A program made the translations under genes and the position numbers. DNA of 64,000 nt, taken from the NCBI RefSeq assembly GCF_006345805.1, contig NC_043009.1, positions 9,672,001 to 9,736,000 on the forward strand, in the 5' to 3' direction. Shown piece by piece: positions 22,377 to 34,914 of the stretch (the first letter of the stretch is position 1; the number at the start of each line of letters is the position of its first letter). This stretch comes from Octopus sinensis (lineage: Eukaryota). Below the pieces are notes generated by a model. The model searched no databases. It was not told the origin of the DNA and saw only the letters and a program-made list of their open reading frames with translations.

Positions 22377-23209
22377 TTAGCTGGTGTACCTGGTAATTCC
22401 CGGGGCTAAAGATGTTCTATTGAAATGCCTTATTACTCTGATATAAGAAAGCAATTTCATTATAACTGCCACAAAAGGTGTATTTTCCATTGCAAAAATG
22501 TACAAAAAACTGTCAGCTGGAGGAGGGAGAGATTGTTGGAGGTTGGCAAGAGAGGTGGTCGGAGGTTGGCGAGAGAGGTTGTCGGAGGTTGGCGAGAGAG
22601 GTTGTCGGAGGTTGGCGAGAGAGATTGTCAGAGGGAAAGGCATCTTTGTTCCAAAATGTCAGTCTTGCAGGGCTTCGTGATACACAATGTTTTTGGTTTT
22701 GCTGTTGGGTGCATAAATGAATAAATTTTCCGAATTTCCAACTCTGGAGCATCCAACATAGAGTTGTCCGTGAGAAATGTACGAATGAAGTCTTTAACCC
22801 TTTAGCATTTAAACCGGCCAAAAGTATTCTGCCTGTTTTATGTTCAAAATGGCCAGGTCTGGTCTCTCACACCAACCCTACAATATTGTTTTAAAAATTA
22901 ACAGCTACCTCATCAAAATTTCAAAGCTACAAGATAATGCCTGATTAGTTCAAAACAATGTGGATGAAAAAGGATTACTTTGGGTAGAATAATGTGAACA
23001 CTAAAGGGTTATGGTTTAAGATTCAAATTAAGGAAGTGCAATAATAATGTTTAGCAGTTCAAAACTGAGTAGTAAAATGCAGAATTAGGTTGGCTGATCG
23101 TGAGAATCAAATATTGATTGCTTCACTAAAAGTTGCAGGTGGTATGGGTTATTTCCCTAGGGTTGTTTAAATAAAATATTAGTAATATGTAGTAGATAGA
23201 AAGATCCAT
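22377..23209 (+). mobile_element. Helentron/DINE-1-like non-autonomous element with an internal 23-bp tandem repeat
   Basis: Starts after (TA)n with TTAGCTGGTGTACCTGGTAATTCCCGGGG, a subterminal hairpin like that at 38367; GGAGGTTGGCGAGAGAGGTTGTC is repeated about 4 times at 22538-22630. Confidence 0.5.
22798..23008. mobile_element. piggyBac-like MITE
   Basis: TTAA|CCCTTTAG...CTAAAGGG|TTAT; splits the repeat that is uninterrupted at 3460-3682. Confidence 0.75.
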
Positions 23210-24265
23210 TCAAGGGGATTACAAACCAGGGAAATTCTGTTTTTTGTTTAAATTTTAATTTTTCTTAAAGAAACTTCCCCCACCTCGCCCAACCATCACC
23301 TTCCCACTTTCAAAGAGATAAGAACTGCAAATGTTTCACTTTTATCTGATGTTTCACGCATGTGTAGAATTCTACTGAAATAGCAGATCATTTCTGAAAA
23401 AAATTTCAAAAAAGCTCAAAGTAAAAGATTTGCAGTTTTTAGCTTTTTGAAAGTGGAGAAGTGAAGGGTGGAGGTTGGGGTAGGGGATTTCAGTGTTTTT
23501 TTTAACGAAAAAGTTTAAAAAGAATTTTTGTTTAAAGTTTTATAATCTCTGTATTTTTCTAAGGGGATTACAAAAATAAATTTCAAAAAAAGTTAAGAAT
23601 TAAAAAATTGGATCGGGGAAGGGGAAATTAAAATTTTGAAAACATTGTTTTGGGTCAAAACTCTAATCTCCTATATCAAAAACATAAGGAATCCAAAAAA
23701 ATTTGGGGGGGAAAAAAAGAGGGTAGTGCAACTGTTAACTATGACACACTAGAAACAACAGCTAAATGACAAGATTTCTAAAAACACTTTCTTTTAAGTT
23801 TATATTGAAGATCAGGTTTTTAAATACACTCATCACATACACAAATTACAAATTAAAAGAAAGGTTGGCGGAGTTCTGATTGAAGTATGTACTTTAAATT
23901 CCTCATGATTTTTATATTTTAAGAATTTCCACAAATTTTTTCCATTCTGTCATCTGCAAAATGAAATTAATACAATTATCCCAAAAAATTTTTTTTTAAA
24001 TATCTGCCCCCTAATTCCAAAATTTTCCAGTTTTCAGAGTTTTTTTTTTTTAAATTTGGTTTTAAAATATGGACATTCATTTCTCTTTATAATTTCCAAA
24101 TATTTTTTTAAATACTTCAAAATAAAAATTATTGCATGTTAGTGTAAGAAAATATCATTTACTAACAGAAAGTTATGTTATTAAAATAAATTATCGCTAA
24201 CATAACTTTAAATTGTTGTGAGAAAACCATTTATTAACAGAGAATTATGTTATTCTCTATTACAC

Positions 24266-24640
24266 TTTTACTTGTTTCAGTCATTTGAGTGTGGCCATGC
24301 GGCAGCACCGCCTTTAGTCGAGCAAATCGACCCCAGGACTTATTCTTTCAGCCTAGTACTTATTCTTTCAGTCTCTTTTGCGGAACCGCTAAGTTACGGG
24401 GATGTAAAACACCAGCATCGGTTGTCAAGCAATGTTGGGGGGGGGACAAACAAAGACACACAAACATAAACACATACATATATACGACAGGCTTCTTTCA
24501 GTTTCCGTCTACCAAATCCACTCACAAGGCTTTAGTCAGCCCGAGGCTATAGTAGAAGACACTTGCCACGCAGTGGGACTGAACCCAGAACCATGTGGTT
24601 GGTTAGCAAGCTACTTACCACACAGCCACTCCTGCGCCTA
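24266..24640 (-). mobile_element. GGAGTGGCTGTGTGGTAAG-family SINE
   Basis: Reverse complement of the family sequence. Confidence 0.9.
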
Positions 24641-24734
24641 TGTGTTTGTTGTTGATTATAGTAAGATAAAATTACGACAATAACAATACATCTCATAGTT
24701 GTAAAATATGGCATTTTGAAACTACATATATATT

Positions 24735-24890
24735 TCTTTACTACATTGACCCCAGTGCGTAACTGGTACTTAATTTATCGACTCCGAAAGGATGAAAGGC
24801 AAAGTCGACCTCAGCAGAATTTGAACTCAGAACGTAACAGCAGACGAAATACAGCTACGCATTTCGCCAGTTTCTGCCAGCTCGCCACCT
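24735..24890 (-). mobile_element. GGCGAGCTGGCAGAA-family SINE, partial
   Basis: Reverse complement of the family head and core. Confidence 0.85.
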
Positions 24891-25431
24891 TTTGAAACTG
24901 CATATATGTTGATAACAAAAAAGCTAGCTGCAGACTCATTGCCCTATAGGTCTTTGAACAGATTGGTGACATTTAGTAGAGATGACCCGGACGTTGTTCC
25001 TCTTTGATTACTATAACAAACAGCAGTAGTTTTCTTCAACTGAATACATGTCATTGATTGGTTGAAATTACCCAATTACAACAACTTTAACACAAAATAA
25101 CTTCTAAAATATGAAATTTTGTCAAAAACGTTCAGAGTAAAACGTGTTCTGCATGAGAAATTCTACCAGTATTTGAAGTTTCAAACTGTTTAGTTAAAAA
25201 AGATTAATTAAAAAATCTTAATGGAAAATACATTTTAATTAAAAATTAAGGGCAAATTATTATTAGCATTTAATAAGAATTTTCCTCCATTGACATAAGG
25301 ACCAAAACAAAAGAATGTCTAAAGAGAATGGTTGCAACCGTTAAATTAACTGTAGAATATGCTTGCTATTAATTTTTGTTGACCATGAAATGATGACATC
25401 TTAGGGGTATGAACTAAAAGTTGCAAACAGA

Positions 25432-25828
25432 CAGGAGTGGCTGTGTGGTAAGTAGCTTGCTAACCAACCACATGGTTCCGGGTTCAGTCCCACTGCGTGG
25501 CACCTTGGGCAAGTGTCTTCTGCTATAGCCTCGGGCCCACCAAAGCCCTGTGAGTGGATTTGGTAGACAGAAACTGAAAGAAGCCTGTCGTATATATGTA
25601 TGTATGTGTGTGTGTTTGTGTGTCTGTGTTTGTCCCCCTAGCATTGCTTGACAACCGATGCTGGTGTGTTTACGTCCCCGTCACTTAGCAGTTCGGCAAA
25701 AGAGACCGATAGAATAAGTACTGGGCTTACAAAAGAATAAGTCCCGGGGTCGATTTGCTCAACTAAAGGTGGTGCTCCAGCATGGCCGCAGTCAAATGAC
25801 TGAAACAAGTAAAAGAGAAAATAAAAGA
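25432..25828 (+). mobile_element. GGAGTGGCTGTGTGGTAAG-family SINE
   Basis: Matches 6026-6435. Confidence 0.9.
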
Positions 25829-25856
25829 GGGACATAATTAAATGTTAGTGTACATA

Positions 25857-27126
25857 CAAGGGGCGTTCAATAAGTAATGCCCCTGACCCACTTGCAGTTG
25901 TTTGATCTAGCTGAAATTTTGCATGTGCACTTATTTATACATCTATAGATTAAGTGGCGAATTACAGCTCTGAACTAATTGTGGTTTCTGATTTACAGGT
26001 GTTTGAACTGACTCAAGTGTGAAATGGAGCCTGTTGAGTGTCGAGCAATGATCTGGTTTTTGTATTTGAAAGGACGCACACCACGGGAGACTTTTGATGA
26101 AAAGAAAGTAACTTATGGTGATGATGCCCCATCATATGACCTTGTAAAACGCTGGCATTGTGAATTCAAACATAGTCGGAACTCTGTGGAAACAGCTCCC
26201 AGATCTGGTCGCCCCTTTCTGCCGTTGATGAGACGTCTGTCCGCCAAGTTGAGGCTGCCATTTTGGAAGGTCAACGCATAACTATTCGCCAAATAGCCCA
26301 TAAGGTCAAGATTAGTACCAGGTCTGTGGAAACTATCATTCATGACCATTTGCATATGCAAAAGGTGTCTGCCAGATGGATTTCCAGGTTGCTCACACCT
26401 TTCCAGAAGCAAGAACGCGTTGAGTGCTCGAGGATGAATTTGGAGATGTGCCAAGAAGATGAGTCAAAATTTTTCAAAAGACTGATCACACAGGATAAAA
26501 CCTGGGTCCATCACTATGATCCATAGACCAAAGCCCAGGCAATGCAGTGAAAGCACCGTGACTCACCCCCTCCAAAGAAGGCAAGGGTGCAGCCCTCCGC
26601 TGACAAGGTTATGCTCACAGTCTTCTGGGACCAGGACGGAGTAGTGATGACAGATTTCATGGCAAAGGGTACCACAATTACAGGAGCCTATTATGCTTCA
26701 CTTTTGAGGAAATTAAGAGAAGCTATCAAAATCAAGAGGCGGGGCAAGATCAGCAAAGGCATCCTCCTCCTGCAGGACAACGCTCCGGTCCACAACTTGC
26801 GTGTCGCCAGATCAGAAGCACAGGCGTGCAGCTATGAACTCCTCCCCTTGCACCCTCTGATTTTCACCTCTTCCCAGCCATGAAGTTGATTTTGAAAGGA
26901 AAGCGTTTCCCAGATGATGCAGCCTTGATTTCTGAAGTCACGTCGTGGTTGGAGGACCAAGCTGGGGTCTTCTACAAAAACGGTTTCCAGAGCTGTATCA
27001 AACGATGGGAGAAATGTATAACTCTGGGTGGTTCCTATGTAGGAAAAGACTAATAACTGTGCCAAGTGTCGTTGCTCTACTGCTATGGGAAGTGGGTCAG
27101 GGGCATTACTTATTGAACGCCCCTCG
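25857..27126 (+). mobile_element. Full-length mariner transposon (1270 bp), defective
   Basis: 37-bp TIRs C(A/G)AGGGGCGTTCAATAAGTAATGCCCCTGACCCACTT, with TA at 25855-25856 and 27127-27128. Confidence 0.95.
26024..27053 (+). pseudogene. Mariner (DD34D-type) transposase pseudogene
   Basis: Motifs PRSGRP, ARWISRLL, ITQDKTWVHHYDP and LLQDNAPVH; frameshift near 26215, stops at about 26524 and 26548, and the HPPYSPD motif is deleted near 26845. Confidence 0.9.
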
Positions 27127-28055
27127 TATAGTTCGTTATGAATTCTTCTAACCCACTGCTTTATAAATGACTCATCAGTCAATAATATATGCACACAATC
27201 TACTTTGATGGAAGAAGCACATTAGATCACTGGTGGTTTAATGATTGACACAACACAGAATATGATTTTTAGAGTATCTTGTGCATGCCATTATATTTAC
27301 ATGTATTACAGCAACTTACATTTATTACAGTAATCTTACTATTTCTATTCTGCAATTATCTCAATAGCAACTAGTAGCACTGGAATGCTTTTTCATCACA
27401 GTAGTAACTCATTTGAATATGAGAGAGAGAGAGAGAGAGAGAGAAGGAAAGTTTATAACAAGATTGATCATTTGTGTTTCGTAACTGGAAGGGTTTTATG
27501 AATCCATTTCTATTGTTTAAATGAAGTGTAGTTATTTCTCATTCAATCTTAAGAAATGTGAAACCTAGAACACATTAAGCAATAATGTAAAGGAAAGAAA
27601 AAAACACTACAGCAAGAAGTGAATAAGCAGAATGAATATATTCCAGCTTGTATCCGGGTTGTACCTGGGTAGTATCTGTAGTTGTTAAGCAGCTGACAAA
27701 TGAAATAACAGGTTGTCTTTTTTTACCCTAGTAACTAGCAGCAGCCAGACAACACCGAGGTGAATATCTGAATCCATAGACATCGTGTCACTGCCCGCAC
27801 CATCAGCAGCATTTAAAATTTTACATCCGTTTTATATATACTAGAAAAGGTTAGATGACACTTCTTGAGGCAGTATTCTGCATTAAGATTATCCTCCACG
27901 AATGATACGCGAGACAAAGAAAATCACAGAGTAAAACAAACATTAATAAACAAGTATTCTAACTAACTAATAGATCAAGCCATAGAGAACTAAATCACAA
28001 ATACAAGGCACCAAATATATCAAACATCATTCATAAACACTGTGTAAAACGATTT

Positions 28056-28479
28056 GGATCTTTTCGGTTTGAACGGCAGTTTTTAACATAATTTCTAGGT
28101 AACTAAAAAATTTTAAACTTCATATACTGGTAGAATGTGTTTATAAAACATCTTTTTCTCTTGACTTTATTGAGAAAATTCTATAGTTTGTAAGATATTT
28201 GTTGTTTTTTTCTTCAATTTCTGCAATTTCAACCAATCAATGACGTCTATTGAGGTGAAAACATTTTGTGCCATATGAATATGTCCCTCGTTTAAGAAAC
28301 AGATTGGGTTTATTTACATTTCTGATGAAAAAAGACACCCTTCCCCCCACCCCTAACCCTAACTGACCCTCACCCTAAAACAGATTGAAATGCAATAGAT
28401 CGATATTAGGGTCATAATTATGGGTGACAATTTCATATAACACCGCTAGAAAAAACTGCTGTTCAAACCAAAAAGATCC
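28056..28479. mobile_element. MITE with GGATC termini and an 8-bp TSD (Merlin- or hAT-like)
   Basis: TIRs GGATCTTTTCGGTTTGAACGGCAGTTTTT and AAAAACTGCTGTTCAAACCAAAAAGATCC; TSD AACGATTT at 28048-28055 and 28480-28487. Confidence 0.9.
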
Positions 28480-29104
28480 AACGATTTTTGTCCTTGGGTA
28501 GCAACTGTTATTCCTTATTTGCTGACCCCTACAAAGTATGAAAAATGGCTAATATTTCCTTCAGACTTTGCTTTTGTTACATTTACTCGAACCCTAAAGA
28601 ATCCCTCTCAGCACATTGCTATGATGTCTGCCATTCCATTACTCCTGCTCGTAATCAGAGATGCGCATATTGTCAGTCACTAAAGGACATGCTCAAGTGT
28701 TTAAGGTCAAGCAACTGACAAGCAAATCTGTGGTTTTGAGCAGAATATTTGCTATAATGATATTTCTGCCTCAGCAACTCAGTGCTGAATCTGTCTGAAA
28801 TGTAATGGAAAATAGGTCAGTTTCAAAACACTGATGTCCAAGTTGCAAAAAGTAAATTTTGAAGAGAATAGTAATAACACTAACTGACCAAAGACAAAAA
28901 AAATTTTGTTACACAGTGTAATTCATAAACCACACATAACATGATTTCCTGCCTGCTTTCTATGCTAGTTTAGCTTGGATTGTTTGTCAGTGTCCGAGTC
29001 GGTTCTTATTTGTATCAGGTCTTGCTCATACATACTATATTTTAGCATGGTTTTTGAAACATGATATCATGCCTAACACCAACTGCATTACAGCATGTAG
29101 TGTG

Positions 29105-29700
29105 TGTTGAATGCTGAAGACATGTGAAGACTAGAAAGGAACGAAACTTGTATGCTCTGTTGGATGTGCAACATCAGTGTGCATGTATGGCAAAGTGCAA
29201 ATGTGTTAGGAGAAAAATTAGTCTTAAGAGGAATCAGATGTGGTACGCAAGAAAGGAGACTGCACTGGATTGGTTATGGGATACATTTAGATGGGGACAG
29301 CAGTATAAAGAAGTGCCAGTTGCTTAATCCTTTAGTGTTTAAACCAGCCACATCAGGCCAAAATTGTCTTCCTGTTTTATGCTCAAACCAGCCAGCTCTG
29401 ACCTCTCACACCTACCCTACAAAGTCATTCTAAAAATAAACAGGGACATCATCAAAATCTCAGAGTTACAAGATGCTGTACAGTTAATTTAAAATAATGT
29501 AATTAAACAGGCTTTACATTTGACAGAGTAATCTGAATGCTAAAGGGTTAAAGAGGATGGAACTTGTGGAAATGAGAGACCTAGAAGAACAGAGGATGAA
29601 GTAACGGCTGATCTGAGATGCTGAGCTTCATGGTGGCAATGGCAAAGGACCAAAATGACTGGCAATTTGCTTTGCTCAAGAAGACTGATCTGTCATGGCA
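29105..29700 (+). mobile_element. Decayed RTE fragment split by a TTAA MITE
   Basis: MLCWMCNISVHV...GIRCGTQERRLHW is homologous to 1525-1725. Confidence 0.75.
29328..29547. mobile_element. piggyBac-like MITE
   Basis: TTAA|TCCTTTAG...CTAAAGGG|TTAA; same family as 22798-23008. Confidence 0.8.
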
Positions 29701-32201
29701 AAAGTGAAGTCCTAAAAGCATTATGTTTATTGCAAATCTATGCTGGACCCTTCACCCAATCTTCCCTTGCTGCCCTGTCAAGGATTCCTTACATCACATA
29801 TTTCTTACACCCATCCCTCAATCCTTCTTCTAGATACAACACTACTCAGTTGCTCATTTGAGAATACATATTTCATCCGCATTTTGTTCTACCATTTATC
29901 TCCTTCTCCTGGAACCACTTCCCTATCTCGTTTTCATTATCATCCATTCCCGCTCTTATTTTCCACCAATTACCTTTTTCTGTACCTTTAATTATCTCTC
30001 CCTCTCCTCTAAACTACCTTTTAGGTTTGCCATACCTCACTTATAACTTGCATATCTTGCATATCTATCATTGTCGCTTCCCCACCTTTGATGCTCCACT
30101 CATTGTAGTCATCATTAAGTATATCTCATCTCCATCTCAGTTCAGTTCCACCTCCTCTCACATCCTGCAAATCATCTCCTTATCTATCTATAACTTTTTT
30201 TATACTGCTATTCTCCACCCTTCCTGGGGTACCTCTTTGTCATCTCCTCCTTCCTGAGCTACTTCTATTTCTCTCACCTTCTCCACTTCCATACTGATAT
30301 TTACCATCAACCACCCCTCCATCCTAGCCTATCACTCACTATATCCACCTCTGACTCCATCTCTAATCATTTATTACCCTCCACTCATATTCTTACGAAA
30401 TTGCCCACCCTTTTCTTCCTCCTTGATCCACTGTCCTTATTCTCTCTTATACTCCTTTTTTTTTTGTCACCAACTTTATCTTCTATCCAGTTACTCTAAT
30501 CCACCCATATATAAGGCAGGGTAACCATCTAACACCTGTATAGAAAGACACCTGTGCTTGTCCTATCATACTTTTAGCATTTCAACATCTGACGTAAAGC
30601 CATCTCTAAAATACTTTCCCATTCAGTCGGTGGGGAGGGCACATTTAACTTTTCTACCCTTTTGATTGACTTACAAGTTACTTACTCTTTTACTTGTTTC
30701 AGTCATTTGACTGCGGCCATGCTGGAGTACTGTCTTTAGTCAAGCAAATCGACCTCAGGACTTATTATGTAGTCTGGTAGTTGCTAAGAAAACTGAGTGT
30801 AGCTACATGACTTGTGAGGGCCATACAAGCTATGTACATTAAACAGGTAGGCTTTTGTTAGGGTCCCATTCTCACTCCACTCCTATTTGTGAAAGTTATC
30901 TACATCACAGCAGAGATATTCAAGGGGGTATCTCTATGTCAAAGAAATAGTACTCAAAGATAAATCAGACAAAGAATTAGAAGAAAAATTCAAGACGTAG
31001 GAGTTGGGCTCAAGAATTGAGTGAAACAAATGTAAACATAGCAAAGACTAATGATTTACTTGACTAATGATTTACTTTGCAGAAAAGAAAACAGAAAACA
31101 AAACAGATCTCTACTGCAGCCTGGGAAGGGATCATGCTAAATATTCAGAAACATGTAGGTGCGAATTCTATGCTGTGTGTTTTCACTGTAAACTATAAGC
31201 GGACAAAAGATGCAATGGGATCACAGGAAAGCTGGTGGAGAAGGGCTTCATATGTAAAAGATGTAGAGGAGTGGGTAACAACAAAGTTAAAAGAAAATCA
31301 GTTTTTGATGTGTTTGCGAGACTGAGAACACATGACTCCACCTTGAACAGTATGTCAATCTGTCATGGAATTAGACCCCAGCGGCCACTGTAACTCATTT
31401 TCGGGTGAGTTGAAGCGAGCAATGTAAAATGAAAAACCTTACGCAAGGACTCAATGCTCTGCTCAGTCTAGGAATCAAACTTACAACTTAACAATCAAGA
31501 GGGCCAGATACTTTTACTAGTTAACACTAAAGAGGAGCCAAGAAATGAATTCTTTCAAATATTCAGAAGGTTTATTAGAAGTAAATGATGGTTTAGGATG
31601 ACCTAGCCTGCTGTGTACATTACAGTGGGTGCTGCAAAAGCCTGGCTGAGATCACCGTACCTGCTAGAAATATCAGCCAAACCTCATTCAAAACACAGCC
31701 TATCGTTCTAAAAGAAAGTGAAGGGTATGTTAGAAAATGTATCCCAGAAACCTGTAAGCCAGTGATTCTCAACGATTTTTTAGTGATAGACAACTTTGAT
31801 TTCCATTTTACTCGGGTGGATCCCCATAGCTATTCAATATTAAAGAAAATATTATAAAATGACAAGGTTTTAAAAGATGTACATGTTTATATGTTACATA
31901 TGAAAATAAAAATTGTATCAATCATTAAAAAATATCGTAAAGAAAATATAACGTCCTGTTCACTATTCAAATGAAACTGAACACAAAGAAAAAAAGTGAT
32001 AGGGGTGGGGCACAATGAGTTTTCCATGCACTTTTGACTCTAAAGCAGAATATATATTTTTAAATGCTCACTACTTTACAAAAGTCATATCAACTAAGCA
32101 AATGACTTTCCCTAAATACATTAAAAGCATCATAACATGATCTGATAACTATTTTAGAACATTATCGCCGTTCTCTTTGAGAATATAAAAGACAAACGTG
32201 G

Positions 32202-32952
32202 CCGGGGCAAAATGAGTAAGACAGAATAAGGTAAATTTGCGCTTCAATTCTTGAGGAAACAAACTCATACACATCAATATCCATCCCTAGGCATCAGAAA
32301 AAAAATTAAATATCTTTAGGTTGAATGAAAGAGGATCTGAGACAAGTGACATATATAAAATTAACGAAAATCGACTACATAATAAAATCTCAACATAAAA
32401 AATTCTCTATAGCTTCTTCACGATCTGCTGGGATGGCTTCCTTCCTTGATATATTTACACACCAGACAGTTAGAGAGGAAATTATTAGACACTATTCATT
32501 TTATCCCATACTAGAATTTATTTTTCCTTTTGAAACTTGAAAATTATTAAATTAAACATAAGTATGGGAAAAAAATTGGGGGGGGGGGATTATGAAGTTT
32601 CGGACCTCTCCTTGAAAAATGCACGTTTTTGAAAAAAGTTTTTCGGATTCCAACGTTTCAGATGTAAAAAAAAAAATTATTTTCACCCATCCTTTGGAAT
32701 CCAAACACCAAACATTATCCAGATATTTTATTAGCAACCTCAAATACAATCGGGTCGAAGAAAAATTTCTTGTAAAAAAAAGTACCTGCCACCTGACTGA
32801 TTCAGACTCTCTCAATTTCAACAACAACAATTACGCAATTATGCTGGCCAATTTTTATTCCCAAAGATGATGACACAGTACTTAAAATGTAATGATTTCA
32901 AACAGGTAGAGAGAAAACAACGCGAAATCAGAACTTACTCATTTTACCCCGG
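32202..32952. mobile_element. Putative TIR element (MITE)
   Basis: Inverted repeat CCGGGGCAAAATGAGTAAG and CTTACTCATTTTACCCCGG; the true ends may extend to about 31998-32980. Confidence 0.45.
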
Positions 32953-34914
32953 TTATCAATTTTCCCCGCTACCACCACTATCACTCTATTTACACGATGC
33001 AAATCGGTATTTTTTATGAAAAGCGAAAAAATAACATTAAGTCATTATCTCTCGATTATAATTTTGAGTTCGTTTAGACAAGAGAATAGAACTAAGAGTT
33101 TACCGGGGTTTGTTTTGTGGTTAAATGATCGAAAAAGGAAAGATTGAACTTACGAGTAAAATAGTCCTTTTCTGTATTACTGTAGACCTTGAGAATAAAT
33201 GTAAAATAACGATTTCCGTTCTTCACAAACATTACAATTATAACTAGTTGACTAACGAGGTGCGTCTACGACAACATTATTTAATGTGCCTTTTTTTTTT
33301 TTTTCAAAGGAAAAAGACGGTTGGGGAGATTAAGATGTTATTTTTAGCAAGTCCAGCGGTCACAATACTCAATCCGTTAAATTGTTGTCTTTCATGTGGA
33401 GGAAGTGGTAAGATTTAAATACTGGACGTCTGTTAATTGTTATTTGCAATCAGAGAAATTGATTTCTAACAACTTCGAGCAAAAATTTTGAAAGTATTTA
33501 AAAAACTAAAACATTAAGCAAATAGGTAAACACATCACGGCTAAGCAAGCACCTGCTAGCTATTTATAACATAAATTTCGAATAACAAAATATCCAGAAG
33601 GAAATATTTCTTAGTAAATGTTTTCACTTTTTTGTTCTCTGAACGAAAGTCTTCGCAGAAATAAATCAGTTAACTGTTGAGAACCATCTACGTTCTCACA
33701 AAATGTCACAGGATAAATTATATGTAACAAAGCACTCGCATCTTTTTTGTCCTTTCGGTAATTACGGCGTTATTATATTTAAAATAAGCATCAATTGTAT
33801 TTCTGTGTTTTCTGTTCATAATCAATTCGTTGTATTACATAAACGGAATTAGTAACTGTTGACTATTCAGAGGCTTTTTAAGCCTTTAGTTATTAAATAT
33901 AACAGCGACACATCTCAATGCGTTTCATCACTTCGTCATCAGCAGCATCCTTGAGGAGGAAACTTTGATTCCGTAAATAAACAACGAACACTTGGTTACT
34001 CAATATAATTTTTTGTTCCAATGATGTTAATCAAATTATATTTTAATTATTCCATCGTATTTTGAACACATTTTTTTTGTATTGTGGAGTAGTACCATTG
34101 TTTATAAATACTTCTAATGTTTGTAGATATTTCTTTCAGTGCGGAACTACTTAGACCATTTCAGTTGTTAAAGCAAGAAATTTGTGTTTACAGGATATAT
34201 TACAGACAGGGTAATCCTATAGAATAGAGTCGGAAATTATCTGGTACACTGTAAATTGTAATTTCTTTGTTTTAAGCGTCGAAGACTACGATTCTACAAA
34301 ATGAAAAAAAAAATTTGTCTTACCCTCTCTGACGGAGCACACCATTTCACCGGTCATAACTAATTTAGTTTTTGGTATTTCCAGAATCTTTTTTTTTTTT
34401 TTTCCAATTTGCATTCTACAAACTCTGTTTCGTACGGTTAAGAAAGGAAAAAATTTTTTTATCTTAATTTTTTACTCCCCTTCTTCCCGAAATTCTCAAA
34501 TTTCTAGGGGTATTTTGGAACAAACTGAAAAGCGATCACTTCGAAGATAAGTAAGGTATTATTCGGACTAATTAAAAGAAAAAAGGGAGTAATAATTAAT
34601 CAGGATCAAATTAATATAGGGTATCATTCGGATAAACAAAATGAAGTAATCTCGAACAAACTTAAAAAGGGATAAACTGAGAAAGCAATTAATTTGGAAA
34701 ACATTTATCCAAATTACCCTTCGAAATTTGGGAATTTCAAGGGTTACAACAAGGGAAATGGTACCCTTCGATCAGAACTCTACTCCACTTTTCTGTAATT
34801 TTTCAATTTTTGGAAAAGCATTTTCTGATTAATATTTTTTAAACATCTGATATTATGATACATATGTGCTTTTTCAGATATAATCCACTGATGATACATA
34901 CATATATAGATATA

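Noticed and set aside
23910-23965. Possible minus-strand exon after the acceptor TTTTGCAG
   Set aside because: All frames stop within 14 codons and no partner exons were identified.
33901-33948. Minus-strand CTGATGA...GAAAC-GCAT-TGAG-ATGT-GTC hammerhead-like string
   Set aside because: Stem III can form, but stem I cannot pair (GCTG against GCTG) and there is no stem II; probably chance or a heavily decayed remnant.
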